This document shows positions 1 to 9,759 of a stretch of 64,000 bases of DNA, piece by piece (position 1 is the first letter of the stretch; each line of letters opens with the position of its first letter). The stretch spans positions 1-64,000 of IMG/VR virus record IMGVR_UViG_3300005253_000017; one strand, given 5' to 3'. The translations under genes and the position numbers were made by a program. This stretch comes from a virus. The notes under the pieces are model-generated. The model ran no database searches. It saw only the letters and a list, made by a program, of their open reading frames with translations, and was not told the origin of the DNA.

Positions 1-1009
1 CCGCGCCAGCCACTATCCTTTCAGTTTCCGATTTCAAAAACGGAACGCTTCCCTTCTCCACTTTCCCGGAGGCCGCCTCCACGCTCGTCTTGAATCCGTG
101 AACTGCCAACCATTTCTTGGCCTCATCCACGGTGAACTCGCTGGGATTGAATCTCACGCTCTGAATCTTACTCTTTCCCCCCTTGATGCCGTAGATAACA
201 TGGATGCCCTTCCCCATCTTATCGTTCTCCCTACGCATCTCATCAAACTGGCCTGGTGCCATCTGCCAAGCCACATGCTCAGAGGGATACTTGCTGATGT
301 ACTCCAGGACCCCTGTATCAGCCCCTAAGCCGTTATCCCCGGTTTCCTCATCTATCTCCCCATCCTCAACCCTGTCGTCGCTTACAGACGTTCCTAGACG
401 CTTCCTCAGCGATTCTACGTCCCTCTCGTCCGCCGTTTCCCCCCTCGGCACCAAAACCAGGTCAAATACGGGAATAATCGGCCCCTCAAGGCCATCAGCG
501 TCCCTATGGACCGAAATGGGCAGACCCGTCTGGTCCATCACCATCTCGACCAGTCTTTTCTCCAAGTCATCAGGAAAGTCCGAATCGCCGAACTCATCAG
601 CATCCAGTCTAACCGTCACGCACTTGGCCTTCTTGGGACTCGTTACGAATTCCCCGGATAGACTCACCACAGCTTCCCTCACGGTGATGGGCGGGAAGTC
701 GCCCACGTCTATGCCCCTCAGACTCGTCCTCGTCATCTTGTGGTCAATATCGGTTTCCTTCCACGTTAAATTACGCTTCTTGGCCTCCTGGGAGAGCAGG
801 TAGTACGTTTCCAACAGGGAATCCCTGGTCATTTGGTCCTTCTTCAAATTACCATCAGCGTCATAGCCCACGCCCACCATATGGCGACGTATCTGTTGCG
901 CCCACCGACGGGCGGTCTTGAATATCTGGTTCGCCCTCTCCATGTAGTTCTTTAGCTCATGGTCCTGAACCATGACGATGTTCTTTTGATTGATGTCTTC
1001 CAGCCTCAT
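1..1009 (-). CDS. Putative prohead protease/head protein (XkdF-like), truncated by window edge
   Basis: Not in the ORF track. Open frame from ATG at 1009 (ATGA overlap with the upstream stop) to the window end: MRLEDINQKN...YPSEHVAWQMAPGQFDEMRRENDKMGKGIHVIYGIK...FLKSETERIVAGA. The final residues resemble the start of XkdF-type protease domains, and it lies downstream of portal and MuF-like genes. Confidence 0.6.
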   Translation of the reverse strand, partial: MRLEDINQKNIVMVQDHELKNYMERANQIFKTARRWAQQIRRHMVGVGYDADGNLKKDQMTRDSLLETYYLLSQEAKKRNLTWKETDIDHKMTRTSLRGIDVGDFPPITVREAVVSLSGEFVTSPKKAKCVTVRLDADEFGDSDFPDDLEKRLVEMVMDQTGLPISVHRDADGLEGPIIPVFDLVLVPRGETADERDVESLRKRLGTSVSDDRVEDGEIDEETGDNGLGADTGVLEYISKYPSEHVAWQMAPGQFDEMRRENDKMGKGIHVIYGIKGGKSKIQSVRFNPSEFTVDEAKKWLAVHGFKTSVEAASGKVEKGSVPFLKSETERIVAGA

Positions 1010-1494
1010 GCGAGTTTCCTCCTCTGTAAAATTGTCATTGCTTCCTCCGTTTTAGGTGTTCTACTCTTATGCTCCAACTCATCTATCATATCGACAATCT
1101 CAAACCTATCCTCCGGGTCGGGACGGTCGAATACGAATTCCTTTACATTTGTCTTTGAACTGATGAAATTGTTAATCGTCAGGTCCATGTTGCACTTCGG
1201 GCACCTTCCGGGGGCGGGCATGCGGATTTCGGGGTGCATGGTGCAGGTCCATATAGTAGGGGCAGCGGTTGGCAAATAGCGCTCCGCCCTCAATCTTGAC
1301 AGCAGGCAACCATAGGCGTAGTTATCCATGTACCACTCCCAGGCATTAGCATCCTCCAAGCGATAGAACTTGATAGCCTTTGCTACGGCGACCAGGGCCT
1401 CGCTCTCCACCTCGTCCTTATAATTCTTGACGAACGTCCACCACTTCCTCGTAGCTCGCTTCGCTACCCTATCGACTACTTCAATCCACTCCAC
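1006..1494 (-). CDS. Sigma-70 region-2-like protein with inserted heavy-metal-binding (CxMHP...CPxC) domain
   Basis: EVESEALVAVAKAIKFY...WEWYMDNYAYGCLLSRLR resembles sigma region 2. WTCTMHPEIRMPAPGRCPKCNMDL matches the HMBD consensus YTCPMHP...PGxCPxCGMxL. Confidence 0.5.
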   Translation of the reverse strand: MEWIEVVDRVAKRATRKWWTFVKNYKDEVESEALVAVAKAIKFYRLEDANAWEWYMDNYAYGCLLSRLRAERYLPTAAPTIWTCTMHPEIRMPAPGRCPKCNMDLTINNFISSKTNVKEFVFDRPDPEDRFEIVDMIDELEHKSRTPKTEEAMTILQRRKLA

Positions 1495-1503
1495 AACACA
1501 TCA

Positions 1504-3654
1504 CTACTCCTCTGTTATTGTCCTCCGGGGCTTGCCCTCCTGGCCCACGCTTTTCCAGCTGCATCGGCAATTCGCTACTACAAAGCCCTTAGCAATGTAA
1601 CTCTCGTCTTCCTCTACCGAAAGATTGTATAGCGTCCTCGCCTTCTTAGGGACATAAGAATCCACAACAACAATCTCAAAGTCGCCAAACTGATAATCTC
1701 CGTCATGGTTCATCAATACCCTCTGAACCTTTGATATACATGCTCCAATGTCAGCCTCAATCTCGCTCCCAGTAAAGTGCAGAACCGTCCAGCCATGAGA
1801 TTCCAGTCTATCATCCCGTCGCTTTTCTTTGTCTTTATCTTGATGCCAATAAGCCCCGTCGCACTCAATAGCTATCATACGATCTACAATCGCATAGTCA
1901 ATCCAAAGACTATCAACCGGATGGTTATACTCGGCATCTATCGAAGCGTCGAGAAGGGCCTGGCCCATAACTTCCTCAATGTAAGTCTTTTCCCCGACTT
2001 TCTCTCTACTCTTCCTTGCCAAAATAGCATTGGGATGCTTCTCTGGATGCTTACGATAGTATTCTCGTTTGTCCCTAGAATTTGCCTCCCAATATTCGGC
2101 CGAATGTTTGGATTTATGTCTTGGATTCTTCTTGCCGAGCTTCCCTAGCCTTATCTTCTCTCTTATCTCAGGTCGCTTCGCAGGATTGTTTTCGCCGCTT
2201 TGCTCCGGACGAGGGCCTTGAAGGTGCCATGTGCCATCGGCAATACTTCTGCGCATCTTTTCATTGGCCTTCTTAGTCGTGGCAAACCTATCAATGGCAC
2301 CCGACTCATATTTGTTCAACATCATCTTAGTATGAGCTTTTCCAAAACACGACTTTCCACAAAACTTATTCTTTCCTAAAGGAAATAACCGACCACACTC
2401 CGAGCAAGGTTTTGCCATTGCTCTCACCCGATCTCCAACACAAATGTCCTTAGCATATTTCCACTTACCATTGACAATCATGGGATGATCTGCCGTTATC
2501 AAAATATTGTCCCATTTAACAGGCTTTTTTATCTTGACAGAGATAATCATAGGTTTCTGTTTTGGTGTTCGGTGTAGGTGAAGAACCTTCCGAAATCGAC
2601 CCTTGTGTGTTAATACCAAATCCCCAACAGCAACTTCACCTATCTTCTTCCATCCATCAGCAGTATAAACTGGTACATTATATGAAAGGAGACAATTTAC
2701 GTGGACGGGTATGATTCCCGCACCCTCGCCCCTACGGTACATATTCCCGTCCAAGTCCGCGCACTCCAGGCAGGCATCCCCCGAAGCCTCAAACTGTATC
2801 CAGTCTATCTCGGCAACCTTGTATGACTCCAACGTTCCCTCACTCATCGCCCTAGCAGTCTCAGTCCTTGCGATCATCTCGCCGCGGTATCGCAATTTCT
2901 TTCGCCCCTCCCGGCGAACCATGCGGTCTATGCGGGCCGCTCGCTTATCCGTCAAACCACCCCGCATCTGGGAGAACCTATCGGTCAGCTTGTTATGGTA
3001 TTTGTCCAACGCCCCCCTCTGAACATGGTTTAGCATAAAGTCCCGACGCTGCCGCAGTTCCCGGCCGATGGTGGGCATGGCCTTGCCCTCTGCGATACCT
3101 CGGGAGATAGTATCCCTAAGAGCAGCCTGGAAACTATTCGTCAATTCTGTCACCCGCTTGAACGTGTAATTACTAGCCCACTCCACCGCATGCCGATTGA
3201 CGACATTCCAGGTCGTCGATACTCGGGCAATCTGTCCCCCCACCTTCATGGCCTGCCCATATATCCGCATGTGGTGCTGGCCTATTCTTCTGTCTCCTGC
3301 CATTCGGATACAATTCCAATCAGCAACAGTAGCAACGACACCAGTAAAAGGAGCAGCCTTGTCAATTTCAATTCCCTTCTGTAAGTGGTCGGCGTATTCT
3401 CTTATTCTCAGTTCCGCCTGTCTCTTTTGCAACGGCGTCTTTGGAACCCATTCGTCATACTCCTGTATACTCTCCTTTATGGGCTCTTCACCCCTAATCA
3501 TCTGGTGCTCGATACCATAGAGGATGGCCCGTTCCGCCATACCCATCCAGGAGCGGACGGAGCGGTACATGGGGATAATGTTGCGGCGGTATATCCTAAC
3601 GAACCTCTTGTGGGTTCTGGAGGTTCCGAGCTTAGTTACCGTATGTTGATGCAT
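1504..3654 (-). CDS. Phage head morphogenesis protein (SPP1 gp7/Mu F-like) containing an intein
   Basis: MIARTETARA, CLECADLDG, and IPVHVN|CRC (HPNCRC motif) interrupted by an intein. Confidence 0.9.
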   Translation of the reverse strand: MHQHTVTKLGTSRTHKRFVRIYRRNIIPMYRSVRSWMGMAERAILYGIEHQMIRGEEPIKESIQEYDEWVPKTPLQKRQAELRIREYADHLQKGIEIDKAAPFTGVVATVADWNCIRMAGDRRIGQHHMRIYGQAMKVGGQIARVSTTWNVVNRHAVEWASNYTFKRVTELTNSFQAALRDTISRGIAEGKAMPTIGRELRQRRDFMLNHVQRGALDKYHNKLTDRFSQMRGGLTDKRAARIDRMVRREGRKKLRYRGEMIARTETARAMSEGTLESYKVAEIDWIQFEASGDACLECADLDGNMYRRGEGAGIIPVHVNCLLSYNVPVYTADGWKKIGEVAVGDLVLTHKGRFRKVLHLHRTPKQKPMIISVKIKKPVKWDNILITADHPMIVNGKWKYAKDICVGDRVRAMAKPCSECGRLFPLGKNKFCGKSCFGKAHTKMMLNKYESGAIDRFATTKKANEKMRRSIADGTWHLQGPRPEQSGENNPAKRPEIREKIRLGKLGKKNPRHKSKHSAEYWEANSRDKREYYRKHPEKHPNAILARKSREKVGEKTYIEEVMGQALLDASIDAEYNHPVDSLWIDYAIVDRMIAIECDGAYWHQDKDKEKRRDDRLESHGWTVLHFTGSEIEADIGACISKVQRVLMNHDGDYQFGDFEIVVVDSYVPKKARTLYNLSVEEDESYIAKGFVVANCRCSWKSVGQEGKPRRTITEE
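1570..2694 (-). mobile_element. Intein (375 aa) with NUMOD3-like motifs and DUF559/Vsr-like endonuclease
   Basis: Block A CLLSYNVPVYTADGWKKIGEVAVGDLVLTH, block B ITADHP, blocks F/G LYNLSVEEDESYIAKGFVVAN followed by Cys+1. Internal WIDYAIVDRMIAIECDGAYWH. The DNA is visibly more AT-rich than the exteins. Confidence 0.9.
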
Positions 3655-3831
3655 CCGAAGTAGATGCCCATGTAAGGGGCACCGATATGTCCACCTCCCT
3701 CATTCCCTCCACGTATACCTTGTAGAAAGCTATCTTTTCTGCGAACATCATGGCGATAGCATGAGAATCAGTCCACGTCAAAGGGGCAAAGCCCCGTAGG
3801 TGGAGGCCGCTCATAAATCGCCAGTTGGGGT

Positions 3832-4023
3832 TCATTTCTCTATATTCAACTTTTCAATAAGAGCATCAGCAAAGCGTACTGCTATTTTCTCTGCATCCGC
3901 TAATCGACCACTCGCAAGCAATCCCTGCATCGCAGCCTTGGCAAATTCCTCACGCTTAGTAAATCCACATTGGCTCTCATAATCCGGATATGCAAGGTCA
4001 TTCCCTTTAGTCGTCATCATCAT
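3832..4023 (-). CDS. Conserved small phage protein
   Basis: GFTKREEFAKAAMQGLLA...ADALI motif, common in small phage proteins. Confidence 0.6.
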   Translation of the reverse strand: MMMTTKGNDLAYPDYESQCGFTKREEFAKAAMQGLLASGRLADAEKIAVRFADALIEKLNIEK

Positions 4024-4499
4024 TCTCCTTCATCTCAGCTTCCTTCCGGTCGTTGTCGTCATCCTGAATCTTGTTAACTATCCGAAGACCCGCTTGGCAG
4101 AACTTGCGGAACTGGGCTGGCGTGACAATACAACTCATTACTCCCACTCCTACTTCGGACAGCCCATAGCCACACTTTTTACCCACGCAGACCTTCACGA
4201 AGGTCCCATGCCCTGTGGCTTTGACATACTCCTCGTATTTCCCGCCAATCCATGCTTCAATCTCTTTACTCATCTTCCTTCTCCTTCTCTTTCATTATAT
4301 ACCATTTCCTTGCCAGCTCCCTCACGCCCACGTCGGAACTGTCTTCCAGGTGCTCCAGTATGTATGAGAAAACATCACTGTTTTGCTTTTCCTTCAAGCT
4401 TCTTCCCCCGCTTCTTTCTCTTGGGCCTCACAAACACAATCTCGTCCGGCGTGCCGCCAAATCGCCTCAACCGCTCTGGGCTTAGTTTCTTCTTGGCCA

Positions 4500-5168
4500 T
4501 TAGATTTCCTCAATGAAAATATGAAGCACTTTCCCTGCCCATTCCTGATCCACATACTTAAATCTTGCTGCTTTTGAAAACAAAACCTCAGCCTCTCCCA
4601 CATATTCCTTTGCTACACCAGCAATATCCACACCCGTTCTCGTATTCACGGTATTAAGCACAACACCGAATCCTCTTTGCTCCGGCCTGGCAAAGTCCTC
4701 TGCTATATCGAAATCCCTCGACCATGACGTTAAAGAATTAAACTTCATTGGACGAGTCGTGCTGGAAGCCTTCTTAGCGAACTTCAATGCATCTTCCCGG
4801 CTCGCAAAGGAAAGTCCCCTGTATGCTTCCTTGTCCAATATAGCGCTTCGTTTCAGCGCCTTCTCAATCAGCTTTGCGTCGTTTAACCACCTTTCCTTCA
4901 TTCCACGAAACCTGGCCCGTTTTATCCCTATCTTCTGAACTTCTCTTATGGGATCAAATCCCATCCCGCTCCAGTCCGCAAAGGCCTTAACCTCGTCCTC
5001 CGTCAAACTCTTCAACCACTCTGCTTTTGGCAATTTAGCTCCCCTAACCCCCCGCGTCTCTACAACACACTGCGGCGGAGCTGTTGCCTTCTTCAGCCTC
5101 ACGCCCGCCCGCGCCTGCTCGAACAGGTCAGCTAGTTGCTTCTGTATTGTCTGCGTCGCTTGGGTCAT
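4500..5168 (-). CDS. ADP-ribosyltransferase (exoenzyme/VIP2-like, R-S-E clade)
   Basis: AYRGL, LTSWS and GEAEVLF motifs in canonical order. Confidence 0.8.
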   Translation of the reverse strand: MTQATQTIQKQLADLFEQARAGVRLKKATAPPQCVVETRGVRGAKLPKAEWLKSLTEDEVKAFADWSGMGFDPIREVQKIGIKRARFRGMKERWLNDAKLIEKALKRSAILDKEAYRGLSFASREDALKFAKKASSTTRPMKFNSLTSWSRDFDIAEDFARPEQRGFGVVLNTVNTRTGVDIAGVAKEYVGEAEVLFSKAARFKYVDQEWAGKVLHIFIEEI

Positions 5169-5577
5169 CCGTTAGAGTTTTCCAATCCTCTTCACTATAT
5201 CCGGTGCCTGGACCATCTTCTTCAATCCGCAAATACAACATCCTCAACGCCTCTGCCAGCTTGTCCCAGAAGAACTCCTTACGGTCATTCCCATCATCCA
5301 GCACCCCGGCTTCCTTGGCCAAGCTGTGCATCAATTCGTGGAACAGGGTGCTCAACTCGTCAGTCTCCTCCTCGTTCGCCTTACACCTCGCCGGGCTAAT
5401 CCACACCATGCCCGTCTTGAACCTCAGGGACGACACAGAGGTCGCCACCTCACTGGGAGATACCTTCCCCACCCAGTTTGGCGGGTCGTCCTGTACGGAT
5501 AGCTCAAAGGCCCAGTTAGACATACCCATGGCATTCTGGAACCAACCTACAGCGTGTTCAACTTCTTCTTGGGTCAT
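5128..5577 (-). CDS. Putative HExxH zinc metallopeptidase-like protein
   Basis: TLFHELMH motif with a downstream Glu. Confidence 0.55.
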   Translation of the reverse strand: MTQEEVEHAVGWFQNAMGMSNWAFELSVQDDPPNWVGKVSPSEVATSVSSLRFKTGMVWISPARCKANEEETDELSTLFHELMHSLAKEAGVLDDGNDRKEFFWDKLAEALRMLYLRIEEDGPGTGYSEEDWKTLTDDPSDADNTEATS

Positions 5578-6658
5578 TAGGGAATTAGCCCTTTGTTTCT
5601 CTTCTCGGAATCATCCTTCAAACAAGCACTAGCTTTTTGCTGCAATTTCTTTAGCCCGTAATCTATCCATCTCTTCCGCAGTATCCATCCCCAGCCGAAC
5701 CCGGCGGCGAAGAACATGATGGAGATTATCGACAGTTCAATCATCGGCCTGCTCCTTATCCTTAAATTTTACCCATGCATCTTTCCAGGCCAGCATTGCC
5801 ACAGGAAGACCCACAACAGCAATACCAAAAATCAACGAATTGAGGCGGTCTCTATACGTCCACTCGTAGCCAAACCTCAAAAAGATATCCCGAAAGATAA
5901 CATATGTCAAAATGACAATCACAACATAGGCCGCTAAGAAAGCTAACAGTTCAATCATTTTCGTTTCCTTTCCAACCGGCCCAAGTGGAGTCTTATATTT
6001 ACCCAATCCACAAGAACTATAAACCCGGCAAGTACACCGCTCATCGCCAAAACCAAAAAACCAAAGCAGAATACCACACACATCAACTGAAGCATCCAAA
6101 TCAAGAATTCATACATTATCGTCTCTCTTTCCTTATCTCACAGAACAGCCAATAAATAACTGGAGCAGAAATACACCACATTCCTACAAGTATTCCGAAC
6201 GCCAACCAATCATTCATCTTCGTTTCCTTTCCCTACGCCATTTCGGTATCGCAATCGAGTAGTTCACTACGTAATACGCACAGGCAACCAGTATTGGCCA
6301 GGCGGCCCTGCTCACCATAATGAAGAAGGCAATCCATAACGCCTCATTGAACAGGGAGTAGATAGGCCCCCACCATACCTTCCGCATGTTCAGCGTCTCC
6401 TTGATACAGGTGGAGACGACTATGATACAGCTAATGATAAGGGTTATGGTCACAGACCTATTACCTCTGCTGTTTTTGCTTCTCTCAAAAGGGTCTTAGC
6501 TTCCTTTACCTTATCATATCGCGCTTCATCTGCATCTCCCTTACACTCAAACCCCTGCGCCGCGAACTTATTATGTGACCACCATTGTTGGTGAGATTCC
6601 GATGACCTTGCTAAGTAGTAAAAACCCATCTTCTTCGTCTTTTTCCTGACAACATATG

Positions 6659-7306
6659 TCATCCTTTGTTCCCTTTCAATGTCCCCCAGTCGCCATCGAA
6701 TATCGAATCCGCCAGGCCCCATTGCACGGCCTCTTCAGCGGTCAGGTATACCTCGGTCTTCTCTTGCATCTTCTCTCGCAGCATGCTGTCAATCCGCTTC
6801 GGCGACCACTTCTCAAACTTGCCACCTTCCTTCATGACGTCAATGTAAACATCCAGGAACATCTGCTCCCTACTCTTCTCAAACTCTACCAGTGATACCA
6901 CTTGCTGGTACTGACCACCAAACCACATATCGCCCATATGCAGCATCACAGTGCTGCTTGGCATCAGCACGCGGCTGTCGGCCGCCTGTAGTATTATACT
7001 CGACATAGAGCGTGCATACGTGTAGGAAAGTATTGTTATTTGACAGGGACACAGGCGTATCGCATCGTAAATGGCGAATCCCTCGCAGTCAATGCCCCCA
7101 CAGGTCTTCATGTGAATCAGGATGGGCTCATCTGAATCGAGCATAAGTATCCTAAGGTTCTTGATGAACCTAGAGGCCATCCGGTATTCCACACCGGGTT
7201 CCGCTAGGTCAAGGTCATTCCCTAGCTCCAAGTGCTCCCCCACCAGCCATATCTCCCTGTTCTGCCTGTCAAGATTGAACGTATGTACCGCCGCTTCCTC
7301 AGCCAT
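6659..7306 (-). CDS. clpP: ClpP-like serine protease
   Basis: PILIHMKTCGG, AIYDAI, ARSMSSIILQA (catalytic Ser), VMLH (His), YLTAEEAVQWGLAD. Confidence 0.85.
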   Translation of the reverse strand: MAEEAAVHTFNLDRQNREIWLVGEHLELGNDLDLAEPGVEYRMASRFIKNLRILMLDSDEPILIHMKTCGGIDCEGFAIYDAIRLCPCQITILSYTYARSMSSIILQAADSRVLMPSSTVMLHMGDMWFGGQYQQVVSLVEFEKSREQMFLDVYIDVMKEGGKFEKWSPKRIDSMLREKMQEKTEVYLTAEEAVQWGLADSIFDGDWGTLKGNKG

Positions 7307-8520
7307 CCTGTCCTCCCTCTCTATTTAACACTTTTCTTGTTTATCCTTTCCGCCGTAATCCTCGGACAAAAAGGATCAGGCCAGCATTCGGGGTTGATGC
7401 CGCAAGTAGCATCATTCTGAATTCTACTAGCAATCCAATCTCCTGCAGTTTTATATCCCCCTCGCTTGGCTTTTATTTCAACCAACCTTGCCCATTTATG
7501 GGGCAGACTAACCAATATCTGTTTCATTCATTTTCTCCCGTCCTCCCAACCACGTTATCATCCGGCATATCTTGCCATACTCGTTGATGGCAATCCTACC
7601 ACACTCGATTTTATATCCGATGACTTCATCCGGTGACTTTTCGCTTGTTAACCAAGCAATCTCTGACTCATTTACAAACTCAAGTTCAAGCCCCCTAATC
7701 TCGGAATACCATGCTAACTGAAGAAGCCCCCTACTTAGCGGTATAACAAGAGGAGCTTCGACCCCAGAAGGAACGCCTCCCATAATGTTCAAAAGAACAT
7801 CAGTCGCCACTTCTATAATATCATCCCGTACAGGCTGTTCGCCCTCTCCGTCCCAAAGATAATTGCCACATGATACACGCAGACTACGTATTCCCTTCAT
7901 AGCTTCTGCTAACCATTTCCAAGATTCAGCGGAAAACTTAGCCAGCTCAACTGGGCTCCATTTACTGCCTAAAGATTCCATCGTCGTCCTCTATTGCCTC
8001 ATTTACGTTATCCCGAATGGTCTTCCAAGCCCCGGTGCTTAGCGTGGCATCGGCACCCCTTGCCTGCTTCAGTTCATTCAGGACCGCTCGGTACAACTGC
8101 TTCACCCTAGCATTCTCCTGCCTCAGAGCCCCGTAGTCGGGGTGCTTTGTCAGCTCCAGATATCGCTCGTGGTTGGCTAGGAGCATCTTGTACAGGGTGG
8201 GACTTAGCATATAAGCGTCCGGGTCGGCCCCCTTTGTTTGCTTGCACTCTATTACGACATAGGGCTCGCCCTTCAGCTGCTGGGCGGCTTGGCCGAACTT
8301 GGAATCAATCGTATTCGTGTTTATGACCGTTGTGCCTAGTTTCATTTTTCACCATCTGTAATCTTCGCCCTGCGTAACCGGAAATCAGGACAGTTCCCTT
8401 TATTTTTATCCACACAACGCCCAAATTCTATCCCAAAAGCCAAACACCGGATTGGGCGAGGTGGGTAAATTGTACCGGATAAAAGATTGTCGCATTCAAC
8501 ACAAATAGTTCTAGGAGCCA

Positions 8521-8793
8521 TTATTCTATCCTCCTAAAGTTTCCATTCTCCTTCGGCACTACCCACGACTCAAACACAGTACCGTCGTATTCCTCTATCG
8601 TCCTGGCCGGTTGATATTTAACTGCTCCCCGAAAACTGCTGTTGTGTATGATAAGAGGCACGGCCGGTCCCTTGTACTCGGCCTCATTGCCCTTCTTGGT
8701 ATAATGGCCTCCTGACCGCCGACACTTGCACCAACGCCACTCCCTAAGGAGGAGCAGGATGTCACAGCAATCTTTGCAGAAGAGAAGTTTCAT
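8521..8793 (-). CDS. Small Cys-rich (Zn-binding) protein, paralogue of 32352-32618
   Basis: MKLLFCKDCCD...CKC...GGHY; start placed at the ATG overlapping the upstream stop. Confidence 0.6.
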   Translation of the reverse strand: MKLLFCKDCCDILLLLREWRWCKCRRSGGHYTKKGNEAEYKGPAVPLIIHNSSFRGAVKYQPARTIEEYDGTVFESWVVPKENGNFRRIE

Positions 8794-9149
8794 TCTTCCG
8801 CCCACCCATCTATCATCGCCTTCAAGATATGACGATGACAATGGGGATTGCTTTCCTTCTCAAAACACAAGAGAGTAATGGTTTCTTGGTTAGCCGAACC
8901 CACCAAAGCATGAAGGTCTGGCCAACTATAGTATCGTATTTCCGATTCATACCGTCTCCCATACTCATACCAAGTCAAGTTCCCATTTTTCCAATCGTCT
9001 AGCAATCCCCATGTAGGAGCAAATTCACTACACCATTCAGCCTGAAGCTTTTCCTCCTTTATGCCCTTCGGCCAGCTTCGGGTTATGAGGATTCGCTTGC
9101 CATCCGATTTCGCTGGGGGATCAAAGAGGCATTTTGTCTTTACAGGCAT
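8790..9149 (-). CDS. DUF488 (YeaO-like) protein
   Basis: DGKRILITRSWPKGI, FAPTWGLL, YGRRYESE, ITLLCFE, HCHR motifs. Confidence 0.8.
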   Translation of the reverse strand: MPVKTKCLFDPPAKSDGKRILITRSWPKGIKEEKLQAEWCSEFAPTWGLLDDWKNGNLTWYEYGRRYESEIRYYSWPDLHALVGSANQETITLLCFEKESNPHCHRHILKAMIDGWAEE

Positions 9150-9357
9150 TATCGTCTCCCACATTATGAACAATCACACATCGTAGAGCCATTTTCCTTA
9201 TCAATAGCTCAAGGCCTACAACCACGCCGTCTATAGCCTCATCCACACCATACACTGAAGCCTCGGCATCCGTAGGCTCGGTAGATAGGAATGCTATTCC
9301 TTCCGGTATGCTTGAGTCCTCTCTTATCCGTATTCCGAAGAAATCTTTCATTCCTAT

Positions 9358-9753
9358 TTACTCAGCCCCACACAGCAGACAATCGCCCGGACCATGGGCC
9401 TCATAACACTCAACTACGTCCTCTTCCCAGCTTTTGCCATAAAGGCGCTGGGCGTTACGATGCATAATAAAAGGAGCTTCAAATACCCTGGTTAACCAAA
9501 CTGACCTTGTCTTCTCGTACACCCAATTTACATACAGAAAACCGGGCACTAAACTACAGCCACCCACCATAATCCACACAGCAAACTTATCACCAGTCCC
9601 GATGAGCATCGCAATAAACAAAAGACATAGACCCAACCCCACAACCCCTTCCGAAATCCAAAACCAAACTTTTCTACGGGTATTTAATCTCTTCACTTCC
9701 TCTACTGCAACCCAAGGCTCTGCCGCCGCCATATCAACTCGCTTCCTCATCAC
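9358..9753 (-). CDS. Two-TM membrane protein with C-terminal CYExH...DCxLC motif, paralogue of 18468-18863
   Basis: Two hydrophobic segments; ECYEAHGPGDCLLCGAE. Confidence 0.6.
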   Translation of the reverse strand: MMRKRVDMAAAEPWVAVEEVKRLNTRRKVWFWISEGVVGLGLCLLFIAMLIGTGDKFAVWIMVGGCSLVPGFLYVNWVYEKTRSVWLTRVFEAPFIMHRNAQRLYGKSWEEDVVECYEAHGPGDCLLCGAE

Positions 9754-9759
9754 GTTCTC

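Noticed and set aside
204-803. Long antisense ORFs (e.g. 204-803, 18980-19813, 20469-21134, 40922-41665)
   Set aside because: Shadow frames opposite well-supported genes, with no motifs.
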